Shown piece by piece: positions 50,901-60,891 of a DNA stretch of 64,000 bases. Made by a program: the position numbers and the translations under genes. The number at the start of each line of letters is the position of its first letter. The first letter of the stretch is position 1. The notes beneath the pieces are model-generated. The model did no database searches and was not told where the DNA came from. It was given only the letters and a program-made list of their open reading frames with translations. Source of the stretch: Paraphysomonas bandaiensis (lineage: Eukaryota > Protista > Chrysophyceae); assembly GCA_965644295.1 (NCBI GenBank), contig CBFFRP010000397.1:62001-126000 (forward strand). The letters are read 5' to 3'.

Positions 50901-53900
50901 GGTACTCGCGGCTGCAGAAGAAGCAAGACGAAAAGGCGACCAGCATATATGTACACTCTGGGACTTCAAGAAGGCCTTCGACTCAATTGCGCCTAACCTC
51001 ATGCGTCTCGCGTGGGCACGACTGGGCGTTCCGGACGATGTAGTTGACTGGTTTGGCAACTTAGATGCCGGCGGTCTAACATTTCCCTGGACACCATTCA
51101 TGGCAAACAACATAGAGCCACGTTCTCTCCTTGACCTCCTGTCCGCAGACGGCCACTTCATTGCACTATTCAGTCTGGGTTTCGAAGCCGAAAGGGGTAT
51201 CACCCAAGGGGGCACAGAATCCACATGCGCCTGGGTGGCACTCTACGACATCCTTCTCACGTGGCTGGACATTGAACTGTCAACAACGAGTCCAACGTTA
51301 CCAACTATTCAACTCACGACTCCGACTACAGGCGAAATAAAGATCTCCTTCGCGGATGATCTTAACACAATAGCTAAATCCATACACGCTGCCCAACTCA
51401 TTGCCCAACAAATATCTGCGTTCTGCGTACTTTCGGGAATGGAACTCTCTATCCCCAAAGTAGTTTGCACAGTGTTTCCGATCCTACAGGATTCCAACAA
51501 GTCCTCCGACCCCATTGGCTACATCATTCTCTACGACTGGTCATGGCGCCCACACCCAGTCCCTATCCAAACATCACTAGAGTCGATACATTACCTCGGA
51601 GCAGACCTTCCTCTCACAATCACAGACAAGGCCTCCCATGACTGGTGTCTAAAATACCTGAAAGTCGTGACCACACACCTAGGGATCAAACAGGCCTCAG
51701 CCGGCTGTAAAGTCATGGTTATCGAGACCCAAATCATACCGACTTTGCTCTATAGAGCCACCAAAGCTTCATGGCCGCTACACTGGTACAGAGAAATTGA
51801 CGCTGCTTGCGCAACCCTCTACAGAAAGGCCCTCAGTCTAGGCCCTGGATACCCCACGGAACTAATCTACCTCTCACTCAAGCACAACGGATTAGGTATG
51901 AAACGTTTCTCAGACTCAGCGCAGGAGCAAAAATGGGGATCTCTACAGCGCGCAATAACCCTCGGGGGAGAAGCAGGTCAAGCAGCACATTTTCTACTCA
52001 CTCAGACAACAGAGCCACAGCCCCAATACCACCACTATGTTCTCAGCCTCAGGGAATGGGGAACGGAATTGGGCCTTACCCTTCAGGAACCTGAGCCCCC
52101 CGAACCACAGGATGAACACATGCTGACCAACCTAAAACAAGAACTCGGCCTTAATAGTGTCCAACCAGATACTTTCAAGGCTATCTTCACAGATGGATCA
52201 TACACAGCCAGTGCGCTCTCCACTCGTCGCCTCACTCATGTCAATCCGCGAACCCGATGGACACACCGAGGAGGTGCAGCGGTCGTCTACTTACCCCCAG
52301 AAAATGCCTGGGAAGATGGTACAACCACAATACTACGACTAGATACACCCTTTCGTGACGTGCCCGGTTTGGACTCATACGCATATGAACTCATAGGCAC
52401 AGCCATGGGGCTTATACTCTCAACACGTATTCCCGAACACATACGAAGCCACACAGACTGTCAGGCAGTGTGCACCCGCACTGAGGAAGCACTCTCCACA
52501 AGACGCAGAGCTCTCGGTCACCGTGCAAAAGGGGTACTACTCGAAAGCATCGCAGCCAGCAGAGATTGCAAACGACAGGTGACCTGGGTGAGGTCTCATC
52601 CCGAACGACGTACCACAGATGAAACGGAGTGGACGTTTGAGGACAAGGGCATCTATATTGCGGACGCAGTTGCGGGTGAAGACTGGCATGAAGTCGATCG
52701 CATCCTTGGAAAAAATAACTACACTGTCTGCACAATTGCGATTGACAGTGCCATCGAACGCTTACTAACTGCTGGATTATGGCACTGGCGTATGCACAGT
52801 ACAAGACGGCCATACTACTCTAGCCCACTCCTTACTAATTTCCAGGATCTCTGCGACCTAAGGACACTTGAGAACTACACTTCAACCAGAGATCAACGCT
52901 ACGGACACAATCCTGATCGAGCGCCTGGCTACTGGACCAATAGCGGAGTACACCTCCCGCGCAAACTAGCTCAAGCGGATGGCAGTGCATCCAAAGACAA
53001 ACTCAGCTCAAATCTACGCCAAAGAATACTCAACACGGCACTGACATGGGACAAATCTTTCTGCATAGGGAGGAACCGGGCCAAAACCAAACAGGGGCTT
53101 GACCTGACCAAAGCCGCATGCTCTGACTGCGGGTTTCGACTAGATTCCCTAAAACATATGTGCCTCGACTGCACACATGAATCCATCACCCAAATAAGGG
53201 AAACTGCATTTCAATCGCATAAAAATGTGCTCCACGAAATACAGAGAACTCAGACCTTACCCAACTGGATCACATCTGCACTACGGAGACTCTCCAGCAG
53301 AGCCTGGAATCCCTCCATCCCACAGGTCGAGAGATACTGGACTGGAACCATCACAGCAGCCCAACTGGAAACGGTCTTCGAAGATGCCATACACAACCAC
53401 CTGACGGCACACAGTCTACGGAACCTAGAAACAGCGGTTATTAATCTCCTGCAACCGCTTTACACTGCAGCGAAGCTTATGCTACAGGATCGCGGTTGTC
53501 GCTATATCACCATGTCCAAAAGGCCGCCCAGACTACTCCCGAGACCCCGTCCGAAACGCAGTCAGTCAAGACAACGTCCGAGAGTCCTTCGACTACTAGG
53601 GGTCCAACGAAGACCCCCCACAGCGTCCCCGACTCCAGACACACGTGCACACCTCACAGGTCCTACCCGACAGAGCACTGGACTGCCCAGACCTCCACAA
53701 CGCCGACGGCTTCGACAACTCTATCTACACCCGCGGCCCCACAGGAGCACAGTAACACAGACTACAAACCCAACTCCTCCTCCCAACAATCCCCACCACT
53801 CTCAACCCACACATCTGGAACTAGGTGCACTCAGGACCCTAATCCAGAACGCTGAGCCCCCTCCAACACCAATGGAGACCCATCCCAAAGGGAGACCCCC

Positions 53901-53910
53901 AGATCAATAG
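47899..53910 (+). CDS. LINE polyprotein: SET (~48091-48453), AP endonuclease (~48625-49440), reverse transcriptase (~50570-51600), RNase H (~52180-52675), CCHC Zn finger (~53119-53172)
   Basis: SET: KGLSLYAK..IIAEYKG..AGYINDP..NVKF..IAKDEELLINYGHHYW. APE: TWNTNG, LLLQD, AGDFN, SRIDHI, DHRPV. RT: APGPS, LRPIGLL, QHGYR, DFKKAFDS, GITQG, FADD, YLG. RNase H: FTDGS, AYEL, HTDCQ, WVRSH, IADAVA. Zn finger: CSDC..DSLKHMCLDC. 2003 aa with no stops. Confidence 0.93.
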   Translation: MQLKHAQTALTSRCQPTRKAKKVVNYDESDQPTNLHNSHPTTTTRTIRPTPALDTTGWDRDWSRKFYIAYADNTAKGLSLYAKNTFPADVIIAEYKGKRYPLTKMSQSTRRSDYIVQDSTGTFAIDGFDQVRQCVTCEAGYINDPLATNMANVKFVTKNKRLYVRTIRSIAKDEELLINYGHHYWCDQRWPLEILIQARAAYDSDIGGANIAVWDRLLADKSGTPTETSSSIPKDPSGAAMGLRLSTWNTNGNPASHTGKAQAIIRHFKRQKLDVLLLQDVRLTETQANFFTRIIEDALQGTRICLFLSKQPKLTSRDPLMGGTVVIISEYWKRRLAFTKADFTGLGLVSRLEFKTSVAHTLVLISVYLPPKPSTPGTCTLWSKLTKLGRASRGICTADPYKLLCNILTKWVTKARAKDHTVIVAGDFNGSMETNPKGRDIRPLADKLQLAAPLHELLLPRKTYHTFHRLDKGISRIDHILHTPLPPNMSVTDTGCLDSPSLLAAAFDHRPVWVGFTVPVNLDPRPPESHLRIPPRLNVNPKDSKEVQAYTARLLQLHAQLPHFDNGSTTILPPEVAANRLAAIHHITLQASLEAKRPACTHSTRLHERCQRTRSKFKNGFSPEMRVIQEGMLMVLRIIQKMFNSAGYKRHGWRGPPATSPTHEIITAWFARWDSYLRSSQGHIKGISDINFWCSHRNADPRVILGWNEKQATKKNLLRIALRLRGLLHGRARTEMRTRLTARTKQMEALLQQKRLQAILQKIGLKVKTPLRLTTVKTTDGHILTTPQDIHEGINAHFREHHAKPPGLDPVAQQLQDDPTWWKSLLDPGSATCQEPLHPRSKIPLPLQLGLRRALCTKTTPAMAATLKSTLAKDITQDEFYCTLHSLSFNRAPGPSMVSSNMVKSWPPVVQREAYILTRSLWKHKHVPIWWRDRVMSPILKKPGESSLTNLRPIGLLEVSRKILTRIITHRILTVWEEQKVLHPSQHGYRWRNGTDTAILRVLAAAEEARRKGDQHICTLWDFKKAFDSIAPNLMRLAWARLGVPDDVVDWFGNLDAGGLTFPWTPFMANNIEPRSLLDLLSADGHFIALFSLGFEAERGITQGGTESTCAWVALYDILLTWLDIELSTTSPTLPTIQLTTPTTGEIKISFADDLNTIAKSIHAAQLIAQQISAFCVLSGMELSIPKVVCTVFPILQDSNKSSDPIGYIILYDWSWRPHPVPIQTSLESIHYLGADLPLTITDKASHDWCLKYLKVVTTHLGIKQASAGCKVMVIETQIIPTLLYRATKASWPLHWYREIDAACATLYRKALSLGPGYPTELIYLSLKHNGLGMKRFSDSAQEQKWGSLQRAITLGGEAGQAAHFLLTQTTEPQPQYHHYVLSLREWGTELGLTLQEPEPPEPQDEHMLTNLKQELGLNSVQPDTFKAIFTDGSYTASALSTRRLTHVNPRTRWTHRGGAAVVYLPPENAWEDGTTTILRLDTPFRDVPGLDSYAYELIGTAMGLILSTRIPEHIRSHTDCQAVCTRTEEALSTRRRALGHRAKGVLLESIAASRDCKRQVTWVRSHPERRTTDETEWTFEDKGIYIADAVAGEDWHEVDRILGKNNYTVCTIAIDSAIERLLTAGLWHWRMHSTRRPYYSSPLLTNFQDLCDLRTLENYTSTRDQRYGHNPDRAPGYWTNSGVHLPRKLAQADGSASKDKLSSNLRQRILNTALTWDKSFCIGRNRAKTKQGLDLTKAACSDCGFRLDSLKHMCLDCTHESITQIRETAFQSHKNVLHEIQRTQTLPNWITSALRRLSSRAWNPSIPQVERYWTGTITAAQLETVFEDAIHNHLTAHSLRNLETAVINLLQPLYTAAKLMLQDRGCRYITMSKRPPRLLPRPRPKRSQSRQRPRVLRLLGVQRRPPTASPTPDTRAHLTGPTRQSTGLPRPPQRRRLRQLYLHPRPHRSTVTQTTNPTPPPNNPHHSQPTHLELGALRTLIQNAEPPPTPMETHPKGRPPDQ

Positions 53911-54375
53911 CGCCGGTGAGTCCACGGACACACGATAAAGGCGAATTTCATATCACACAAAAGAACGGAAGTGGTTGCACCTTGGTGCTTGCGGCGACGC
54001 ACAAGCAGCTTTCGTAGCGTTAAATAGTAGGATAAAAGAGTTTGTATTGATTAGTTACGGGTAGTGGTCTAACTAGTATGACTAGCATTCTTCTAGCCAC
54101 TAATTGATGCAAGGTCTCAACGCCTATTGCTAAATAATCAGACATTCACTACTGTGAAGACACATCAATCACCAACGCCAATGTTCTTTTCTACAAATCA
54201 TGTCTTTAACAGCAACTATATTTACTGTTTCATTGTATACTTTTAATAGCTACTCCTATATTGTTATCCTCTAGTAGATTCTGTATTTCATTGCTACATA
54301 GAATACAGGATGGCTACTAGCTATAGACTTCAACATGCTTCAAGTACGTACGTAGGAGTGGGTTGTAGCTTAGTA

Positions 54376-54790
54376 CTCCCACTCAATATCAGACTATAAT
54401 ATAGCAAGCGAGTCTGCTTAGCATGATATCATTGTGTGCTGATGGTGCAGCTTCTCTGGTGAGGCTCTAGTCATCATGTCTGCTGTCATCTCTGCCGTTG
54501 ACACATGATACAGTCTGGCAATACGGTCTCCCACTTGGTATCGAATCCAATGATACTTGATTCTAATGTGCTTGGAGCTAGATCAATAGTACTCTTGCTA
54601 TCCATAGTCAAGGTTTTTGGAGACGCAACTTTACTGAGCTCAAATTCACGAAGTCCATGATCTATCATCATCCTTCGTATCCATACAATATCCTGAATTC
54701 AGTTTCCATGGTCGAAGTAGCCACTGTTAGCTGCAGACTTCCTTGCCATACGCCATACAATTGGTGCAATATGAACTACAACATGTTTCC
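54376..54790 (-). pseudogene. Decayed Ty1/Copia RNase H fragment followed by a polypurine tract
   Basis: Minus-strand translation with frameshifts gives APIVW..QGSLQLTVATSTMETEF, LTMDSKSTIDLA, SKHIRIKYHWIR and VSTAEMTADMMTRA, collinear with Copia RNase H motifs (SWxSKxQxxVAxSTxEAEY, DNxSAIxLA, KHIDIRYHFIR, ADILTK). PPT-like gagtgggag at 54376-54384. Confidence 0.8.
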
Positions 54791-54931
54791 TCTTTTGATA
54801 CTCATTCAGTCAATTACTATAAGTTTCTCTGAAATAATGCAACTTTACCTTCATAATCACGTAATGCGAAGTAAGCGGAATATGGCAACAGTTTCAGTAC
54901 AACAATGGGCGAATGGGGCATAAGTATTAAT

Positions 54932-55828
54932 TTAAAAGGGTAATACATTTTTAACTCTTCTAATAACACTATCAATATATATGGTATTGAACTCCGGCCC
55001 AGGGTGTACGGAGTCTCGCCGATTTTTATTTACTCCAAGAAACTTGTGAAACTCTATCCAATCTAATTGCTTCCTACTTGATATATTCCGCGCAGCGGAG
55101 TTCATTTCAAGTATCATCTCCTGACGACAAGGCGGATCAGGGGTTAGAATATCATTGGCCGATCTCCAGGCCATCCAGGTACGCGGAAAATATTCTCTAA
55201 TTGCATCCACAAGCTCCGAGGCATTGTTCGCCCATGACTTTACCCACTGGGTACGTAAGATAGGGGAACTGCAAGTCTCCACACCACCATGTCGACCCAT
55301 CGGTCCTGTCACTAAACGGCCAATATCCCAGAAGCAGGTGTTGACAATAACTGCATCTGGTGAGCCACCCATTGCGCTTACTAGTGGAGTTATCGCTGGA
55401 CCTTGTGCTATACGGAAGGTTTCCGCCATGGAATTCATGGAGCCCTTAGCATATTTTTCAAGGCCAAGCTGAGACTTTCTCGGGTCATACCACGGACCGT
55501 TCGGAGATGCACCTTGCATGTTAAACAAAAAACCCAGAGTGATATTATGTTGTGGAGCATCACACACAGAAACAGACCACGAATACACACGAACACTGAA
55601 CTTAAACATATCAAATAATCGTATGGGTGAACTCGATAGTGTTGAGCAATTGGTCGGTTTCCATATCCATCCATTCTCATTAACTACCTTGCAAAACATA
55701 CCGTGTTTGCTCATACACCAGTCGTGAAGAGCATATCTGTCTACAGAGTCGCCTATAGACAATATACGTATAGAGGAACCAGTTACTGTTAACCAACCCA
55801 ATAATAGAGGGATAAGAGGAGAAATCAT
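54932..55828 (-). CDS. Secreted/Golgi SGNH-fold (PC-esterase/TBL-like) acyltransferase or esterase
   Basis: N-terminal signal peptide; SIGDSVDR (GDS nucleophile), VIVNTCFWD, and RRDSVHP (DxxH) near the C-terminus. Confidence 0.75.
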   Translation of the reverse strand: MISPLIPLLLGWLTVTGSSIRILSIGDSVDRYALHDWCMSKHGMFCKVVNENGWIWKPTNCSTLSSSPIRLFDMFKFSVRVYSWSVSVCDAPQHNITLGFLFNMQGASPNGPWYDPRKSQLGLEKYAKGSMNSMAETFRIAQGPAITPLVSAMGGSPDAVIVNTCFWDIGRLVTGPMGRHGGVETCSSPILRTQWVKSWANNASELVDAIREYFPRTWMAWRSANDILTPDPPCRQEMILEMNSAARNISSRKQLDWIEFHKFLGVNKNRRDSVHPGPEFNTIYIDSVIRRVKNVLPF

Positions 55829-56015
55829 AGAGTGAATGAAGAATTCAGGGTGGGTTGAGATGATTTGAACCTATAAAGGCAGAGAGTGTACATAGTGGAG
55901 TATATTAATATGTGTGTTAAGATAGTGACAAGGATACATACACACTCTGCTGTACATACACACACATACATACTAATGAAGTGTATTTGTATAGTCAAAA
56001 ACAAGTCGACTCAGT

Positions 56016-56134
56016 ATGGACGGTCATACAATGCAAACCGCACCCGCTCTCGTTCCGCTCGCGGAAGTTAAGTTGCATCTGGCCCGGTTAGTAGTACGGT
56101 GGGTGACCACGTGCGAAGTCCGGGTACTGTCCGT
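56016..56134 (+). rRNA. 5S rRNA gene (single copy)
   Basis: 119 nt. Helix I atggacggt/actgtccgt pairs; conserved ggtcatac, gaagttaag, ggttagtagtacggtgggtgaccacgtgcgaa motifs; followed by a Pol III oligo-T terminator. Confidence 0.95.
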
Positions 56135-56163
56135 TTTTGACTATTTTTGACTATTTTTGACTA
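56134..56163 (+). terminator. Triplicated Pol III terminator (tttttgacta)x3
   Basis: 10-bp tandem repeat, each unit with T5, directly after the 5S gene. Confidence 0.8.
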
Positions 56164-56578
56164 CGATATCTAGAAAAGGTGTTTTTTTGGCAAATTCATA
56201 CCATAAAAATCCAGGATATGGAGAAATACAGATACATTACTTTTGGATTAAAATTTTTGAAACAAGCCAATAATATACGTCGTGAAGGGTAAGTCGATGT
56301 TTCATTGGTTTATATAAACATAGTGATATTTACTACACTGAACTGATTTCAGACAGTGTTTAATACCCATCCAATCACCTCCATGCCATATACTTTACTA
56401 TTATCGTCTCTATAATCTATAACGTTATCAAAGTAAATGCCAAGTATAATGTTGACCTACTTTGATCAATTCCAATGCAATATAAATGTACATGTGTGAG
56501 AATACTTACAACGTTACAGTCTCATATAACTCTCTATAGAATAAAATATATTCAATAAACTCATATCTTCCCTCTAAT

Positions 56579-59500
56579 ATGTTTCCTGAATTCGATATAT
56601 TATCTCAGTATGAATCGCGTGAATGTTCAGAATTAAAAAATCGGAGTAAAGTTCCTCTTTTGATATTGGATGATCCCTTTCTCCCCGTCTTCATTGATTG
56701 GGCTATGGCCGAAGGCTGCAGCGATTTATTAATGTTTTTATTTATGGCAGACCATTTTAGGTTTGCGTCTAAACGCCGAGAGCACATTCTAACAGATAGT
56801 ATGGACTGTATTATCAAAAGGATAAGAGAGTTGTATGATTTTGAAACATTTGATCGAACTACAGAATGTCTTCTCGACTTGTTGTCATGTGGTATTGATA
56901 TGCCCGCTGCGTTTTCGTCTGTTTGTCATCTTGTATGGAACGATTTTTTAAATCGTTCTCAGAGAATACATAAAAGTCGTGTATGGTCCACTTTTCGCAA
57001 AATAATTGTGAGTGGATTTGATGTAGACCTATTATCAGTTATTGGTGATGACCACCACGCCGCATATTTTAGGCAGTATCTATCACATTCCACTGGAGAC
57101 GTAGAGTGTCTTAAATGCTGGCGCGATGCACAACATGTACTTAGTGCCGTACATGTTCTAAAAGCCTCCAGTTCTACACAGTCCTCTCCCTCTTCACGTC
57201 CGTCGAAAAGTGTCTTCTCAACAATGCGGTCGACGAGCTTGGAGAGCTCAGGAAGTGTCACTGCACCACCAGTGTACACAGACCCATATCAAGCTCTCAA
57301 AATTCTATTGGAATGTTTGCGTAAATTCCACACTTCTATAGTGCGAGGCACATGTACGGGTCCCTCGAAGTCTACAAGAATAAAACTATCCGAAGCATTT
57401 CAGAATACCAGTTCTATCCGTCAAGTGGAGTCCACAGATAGATCCTTTGCTTCGGATTGCTGTGAAGCTCTGGAGGGCCTGCTTATGCAAGTTAGAGATG
57501 AAAATTACGAGCATTTACTGGACAGGTTCACGGCATTTCAAGATTCCAAAGAATATGTCGCTCTTGCAGCTTCAGTCAAGCTTCAGGAGTCACAGGCCGT
57601 CCGCACTTATCTGACACAAAATGCATTCCTGCGCGAGGTAGATTCTAATATCATACATGCATCAGGGGTCATGTCTAATGAGTATAAGCAGGTTATGATG
57701 GGACGACGGTTTCCATGGAGACTTACTGGGGACGTTATGTTTGTTTGCTATGCGGAAGCCTTACGAACTCGGTCACTTAGTGCCGTCAGTGAGACGCATA
57801 ACACTGATGCATGCAATGTGTATAACGGCAGAGACAATATACGAAAATTGTGCTTGCAGTGCTCTGAGGGTATACCACACGACCTGTGCGATGTTCTTCC
57901 AGTTCTAGCTATTCGAACTTGCCCTGACGGTGGCTACACCTGCTGGGTGGGTGTCCGTCCCAGTACTGAGCTGAAAGAAATATGCATGAGGGCTACGTCA
58001 TTCACCGACTTAGATGATGGTAAATATTCTAAAGAAATTTTGTTACATCATATTGAGTTAACTTACAGAGTCCCTTGTGAGAGACATGTTTCTATTTTGT
58101 AGAGAAGCTGGGGGCTACGATTCAGAGTCAATGGTCACTGAAAATACACAGGAGCATGATGCGGTAGTGTTTGCCACAAGCGACCAGGTGCTTCTACTAC
58201 CGATACTATGATCCCAAATAATACAATTTATATTCAGGTTGCTCTGCGATGCTACTACCAGCTTTGTGCGCTTTTACATGCCAGTCATCATTCGCAGTCA
58301 TCTCCGGGCGATCGTCCTGTGACTCCAATGCTATATGTATCAATTTCAAGCTGTCACGTGGGGGGAGACGACCGATGGGAACATACCTTAGTTGCGACTC
58401 CCTATCCTATGCTAAATACCATTCGCAATATTACTAGCCACCTCTCAGAAATGTCACAATGCGACATTGAAAAAATGCGGGTAGACGGTGTTTCAGTGCC
58501 CTTGACTTTATTGGCGTCGGACGCATTGGATGCGAACTTAACATCTTCGCAATGGCTACGCAGGAACCGAGACAAAGAAAGGGCAGCTGAATTCTATCTC
58601 ACTCCCCCTGGTACATAATAATTTGTAACAGTATAACTGTATTAATGTATTTTGCACTGCATAGCTGGATCTGTGTCTAAGGCATCTAAGTTCAACCCAG
58701 ATTTTCTTTTACTTGGGACTATACAGAACATGTCTCCGAAACTATTGGCTACGATGGTGACAGCTCTGCTAAGCAACAAGTCCATAGTCGTCCATTCAAT
58801 TTCCAACAAAAGCGTAGCTGAATGCATTGCGACTGTGTTGTTAGCTATTCATCCTTTCGAGCTTGTTGCTCACAGGGTATGCCAATATTGCGGACCGTTA
58901 GGAAAATTTCGTTTATGGAAAGGAATTCCTTTTTCCGCATCAGACAACCCTCTGCGGCAACCATTTTTGGTACGTTGCCACTACCTCCTCCAATCTATTT
59001 TCTTACCATGATTTTCTAACATCAGCTTGGCCTACCCTCGGATATAGCAATGGGAATTGTGAAGTACCAATCGGATCACAGTATACTACCTACACTAAAT
59101 ATGGAGAATATGGACGTCAGCTTGAGAAATCTAGACCCTATGGAACAAATCCTCGTAGATTTTGGCTCTTATGATCTTCACGATGTTACATTTTTTGATG
59201 TGGACACTGAACAGGTAAGTTCGACTGGATATATGAGTTTGGTACGCTGATAGGGGAGTGTAGGTATGGACGCCTTGGGATGGAAGCGCATCAAGATCAG
59301 TCAAAACGCTCATGAGATCCATTCCTCCACAGGCTTTGAAAAGATTGGAAGAGTCTGTACTCAAACGCCAATATCAATATAGCACTGGTCGCATGAAACA
59401 TAAGCAATGTGTCTCTATCGACTCCCAGTGTAATTACTACATTGAAAGGGAGTTAAAGAGTTTCATAAACAGTATGATATTGGGTGGGGTCCCTTCCTCT

Positions 59501-59755
59501 CTTGCGCACTACCCGCAGTACCGAATTGTTTCGTGTGATGTTAAGTGCGTCATGAAGAACTGTATGAAAAGTGACTATTTTGACTTACCACTCGTTGGAA
59601 AGGACCGGGCTGACCTAACCTTTGCTGATAGAGATAGAATAGATTTTTTGGACTCTGTTGTTCAATCGCCAAGCTTTACCAATTTCTTATTCCGACACGG
59701 CGTTGCTCTTGATTGTGTAAATAGTTTTGCTTGTAGAAATGGGAGTGGTGATTAG
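56579..59755 (+). CDS. Multi-exon protein with two RGS-like domains and a DENN-like C-terminal region
   Basis: ILDDPFLPVFIDWAMAEGCSDLLMFL and VIGDDHHAAYFRQYL..ECLKCWRD..RFTAFQDSKEY resemble RGS; TALLSNKSIVVHS..VAECIATVLLAIHPF, QPFLLG and FLDSVVQSPSFTNF resemble cDENN/dDENN. Successive ORFs are separated by short intron-like gaps. Confidence 0.55.
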
Positions 59756-60513
59756 ATATTAATAGTGTTAATGAGTGTATGTGACGATTAGATTTCAACG
59801 ATGCTATTAAATATATATTAGTACCTAATTAATAGTAGATAGCAGATAGCAGGAGTGAGTAACGACTAATTCCAATGAATTTGCAGCTTCTTGATAGCGA
59901 TTGAATCCCTGTAATGTTTTGTCAATATTGGAACTCGTCCTGTCACAGCTTGTGTAAGTTAAGTTTATCATGTCAGATACAATACTATGCCATAGTCCGT
60001 TATTTTACGACATGTTTTCTTGTTTCTTGTACCGTTGATGGATCACACACGTCGTTGTATGTGTGTATGGAAGCTAGAGGCGCCCACGTTAGGAAAACTG
60101 TAAGATATATCCATGGTGTAGGGGGTACGCTGTGTAAACAACAATTGGAAGCAGCACTTTGCATAGGTAGCAGTGTACCACTCATCTATATTCTATGCCC
60201 TATACCATTACACATCATTAGACACACAGCAACGACCTTGTTTGTGTATTCCTACGCTGCAAGTATGACAAGGAGGTTAACTCAACACTAGCTTATGTAT
60301 AGTGCTGCCCTATGACCATCTATCTGAGTTCATGTATCCATTTACCAGGAATAGCTACCATCGGCACCTTTCAAAAGCAGATTATTTAATTGGAAATAAA
60401 TTGACAATATACTCAGAGACAAGTCCTATATGTGCTTTTTTATCCAAGGCCACGCATTATGTTATTGACAAAAAATCCATCTCACTGTAATACACTTGTA
60501 ATATCATGATATT

Positions 60514-60891
60514 TCAATCACTCTCATCAACATCACAACCCTGCAGTCTGTTCAGTAAAGTTGACATGGATATTACCGACGGGGTGACAGTAGCAGGTGC
60601 ATGACTGGTTCCTTGATCGAGTTTACGAATATGAGTCTGTTTTCTTTGATCAGCACTACGATCATTCCTTCCATCTTTTTTGTCATTATACTCTATATCT
60701 TGTTTCCCTTGTAAATAATCACTAAACAAAACAGATGATGTTGAATTGGATGTATGAGCTTTAAACATTTCATATGATTCCACTGTAGTTCGAATATTAT
60801 TCAGTTCACTCTCAATATCTTCTTTCAGTTTCTCAGATTTCTGAAGTTCAAGATGAAGTAGAACATCTAATTCTCTTGAAGATAGATTCAT
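60514..60891 (-). CDS. Hypothetical small coiled-coil protein
   Basis: 125-aa ATG ORF with a heptad N-terminus, divergent from the ORF at 61563. Confidence 0.45.
   Translation of the reverse strand: MNLSSRELDVLLHLELQKSEKLKEDIESELNNIRTTVESYEMFKAHTSNSTSSVLFSDYLQGKQDIEYNDKKDGRNDRSADQRKQTHIRKLDQGTSHAPATVTPSVISMSTLLNRLQGCDVDESD

Larger units (their letters stand above)
46362..54152 (+). mobile_element. 5'-truncated non-LTR retrotransposon (LINE) carrying OTU-like and SET domains plus APE-RT-RNase H-Zn finger; 15-bp TSD
   Basis: tgtgaagacacatca at 46347-46361 and 54153-54167. C/A-rich sense strand distinct from host genes; no introns. The ORF1 frame is open back to the 5' junction. ~240-nt 3' UTR without poly(A). 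Confidence 0.93.

Noticed and set aside
59914-60490. Short ORFs between the RGS/DENN-like gene and the ORF at 60514
   Set aside because: No motifs or splice-consistent model; treated as intergenic or unrecognisable relic.
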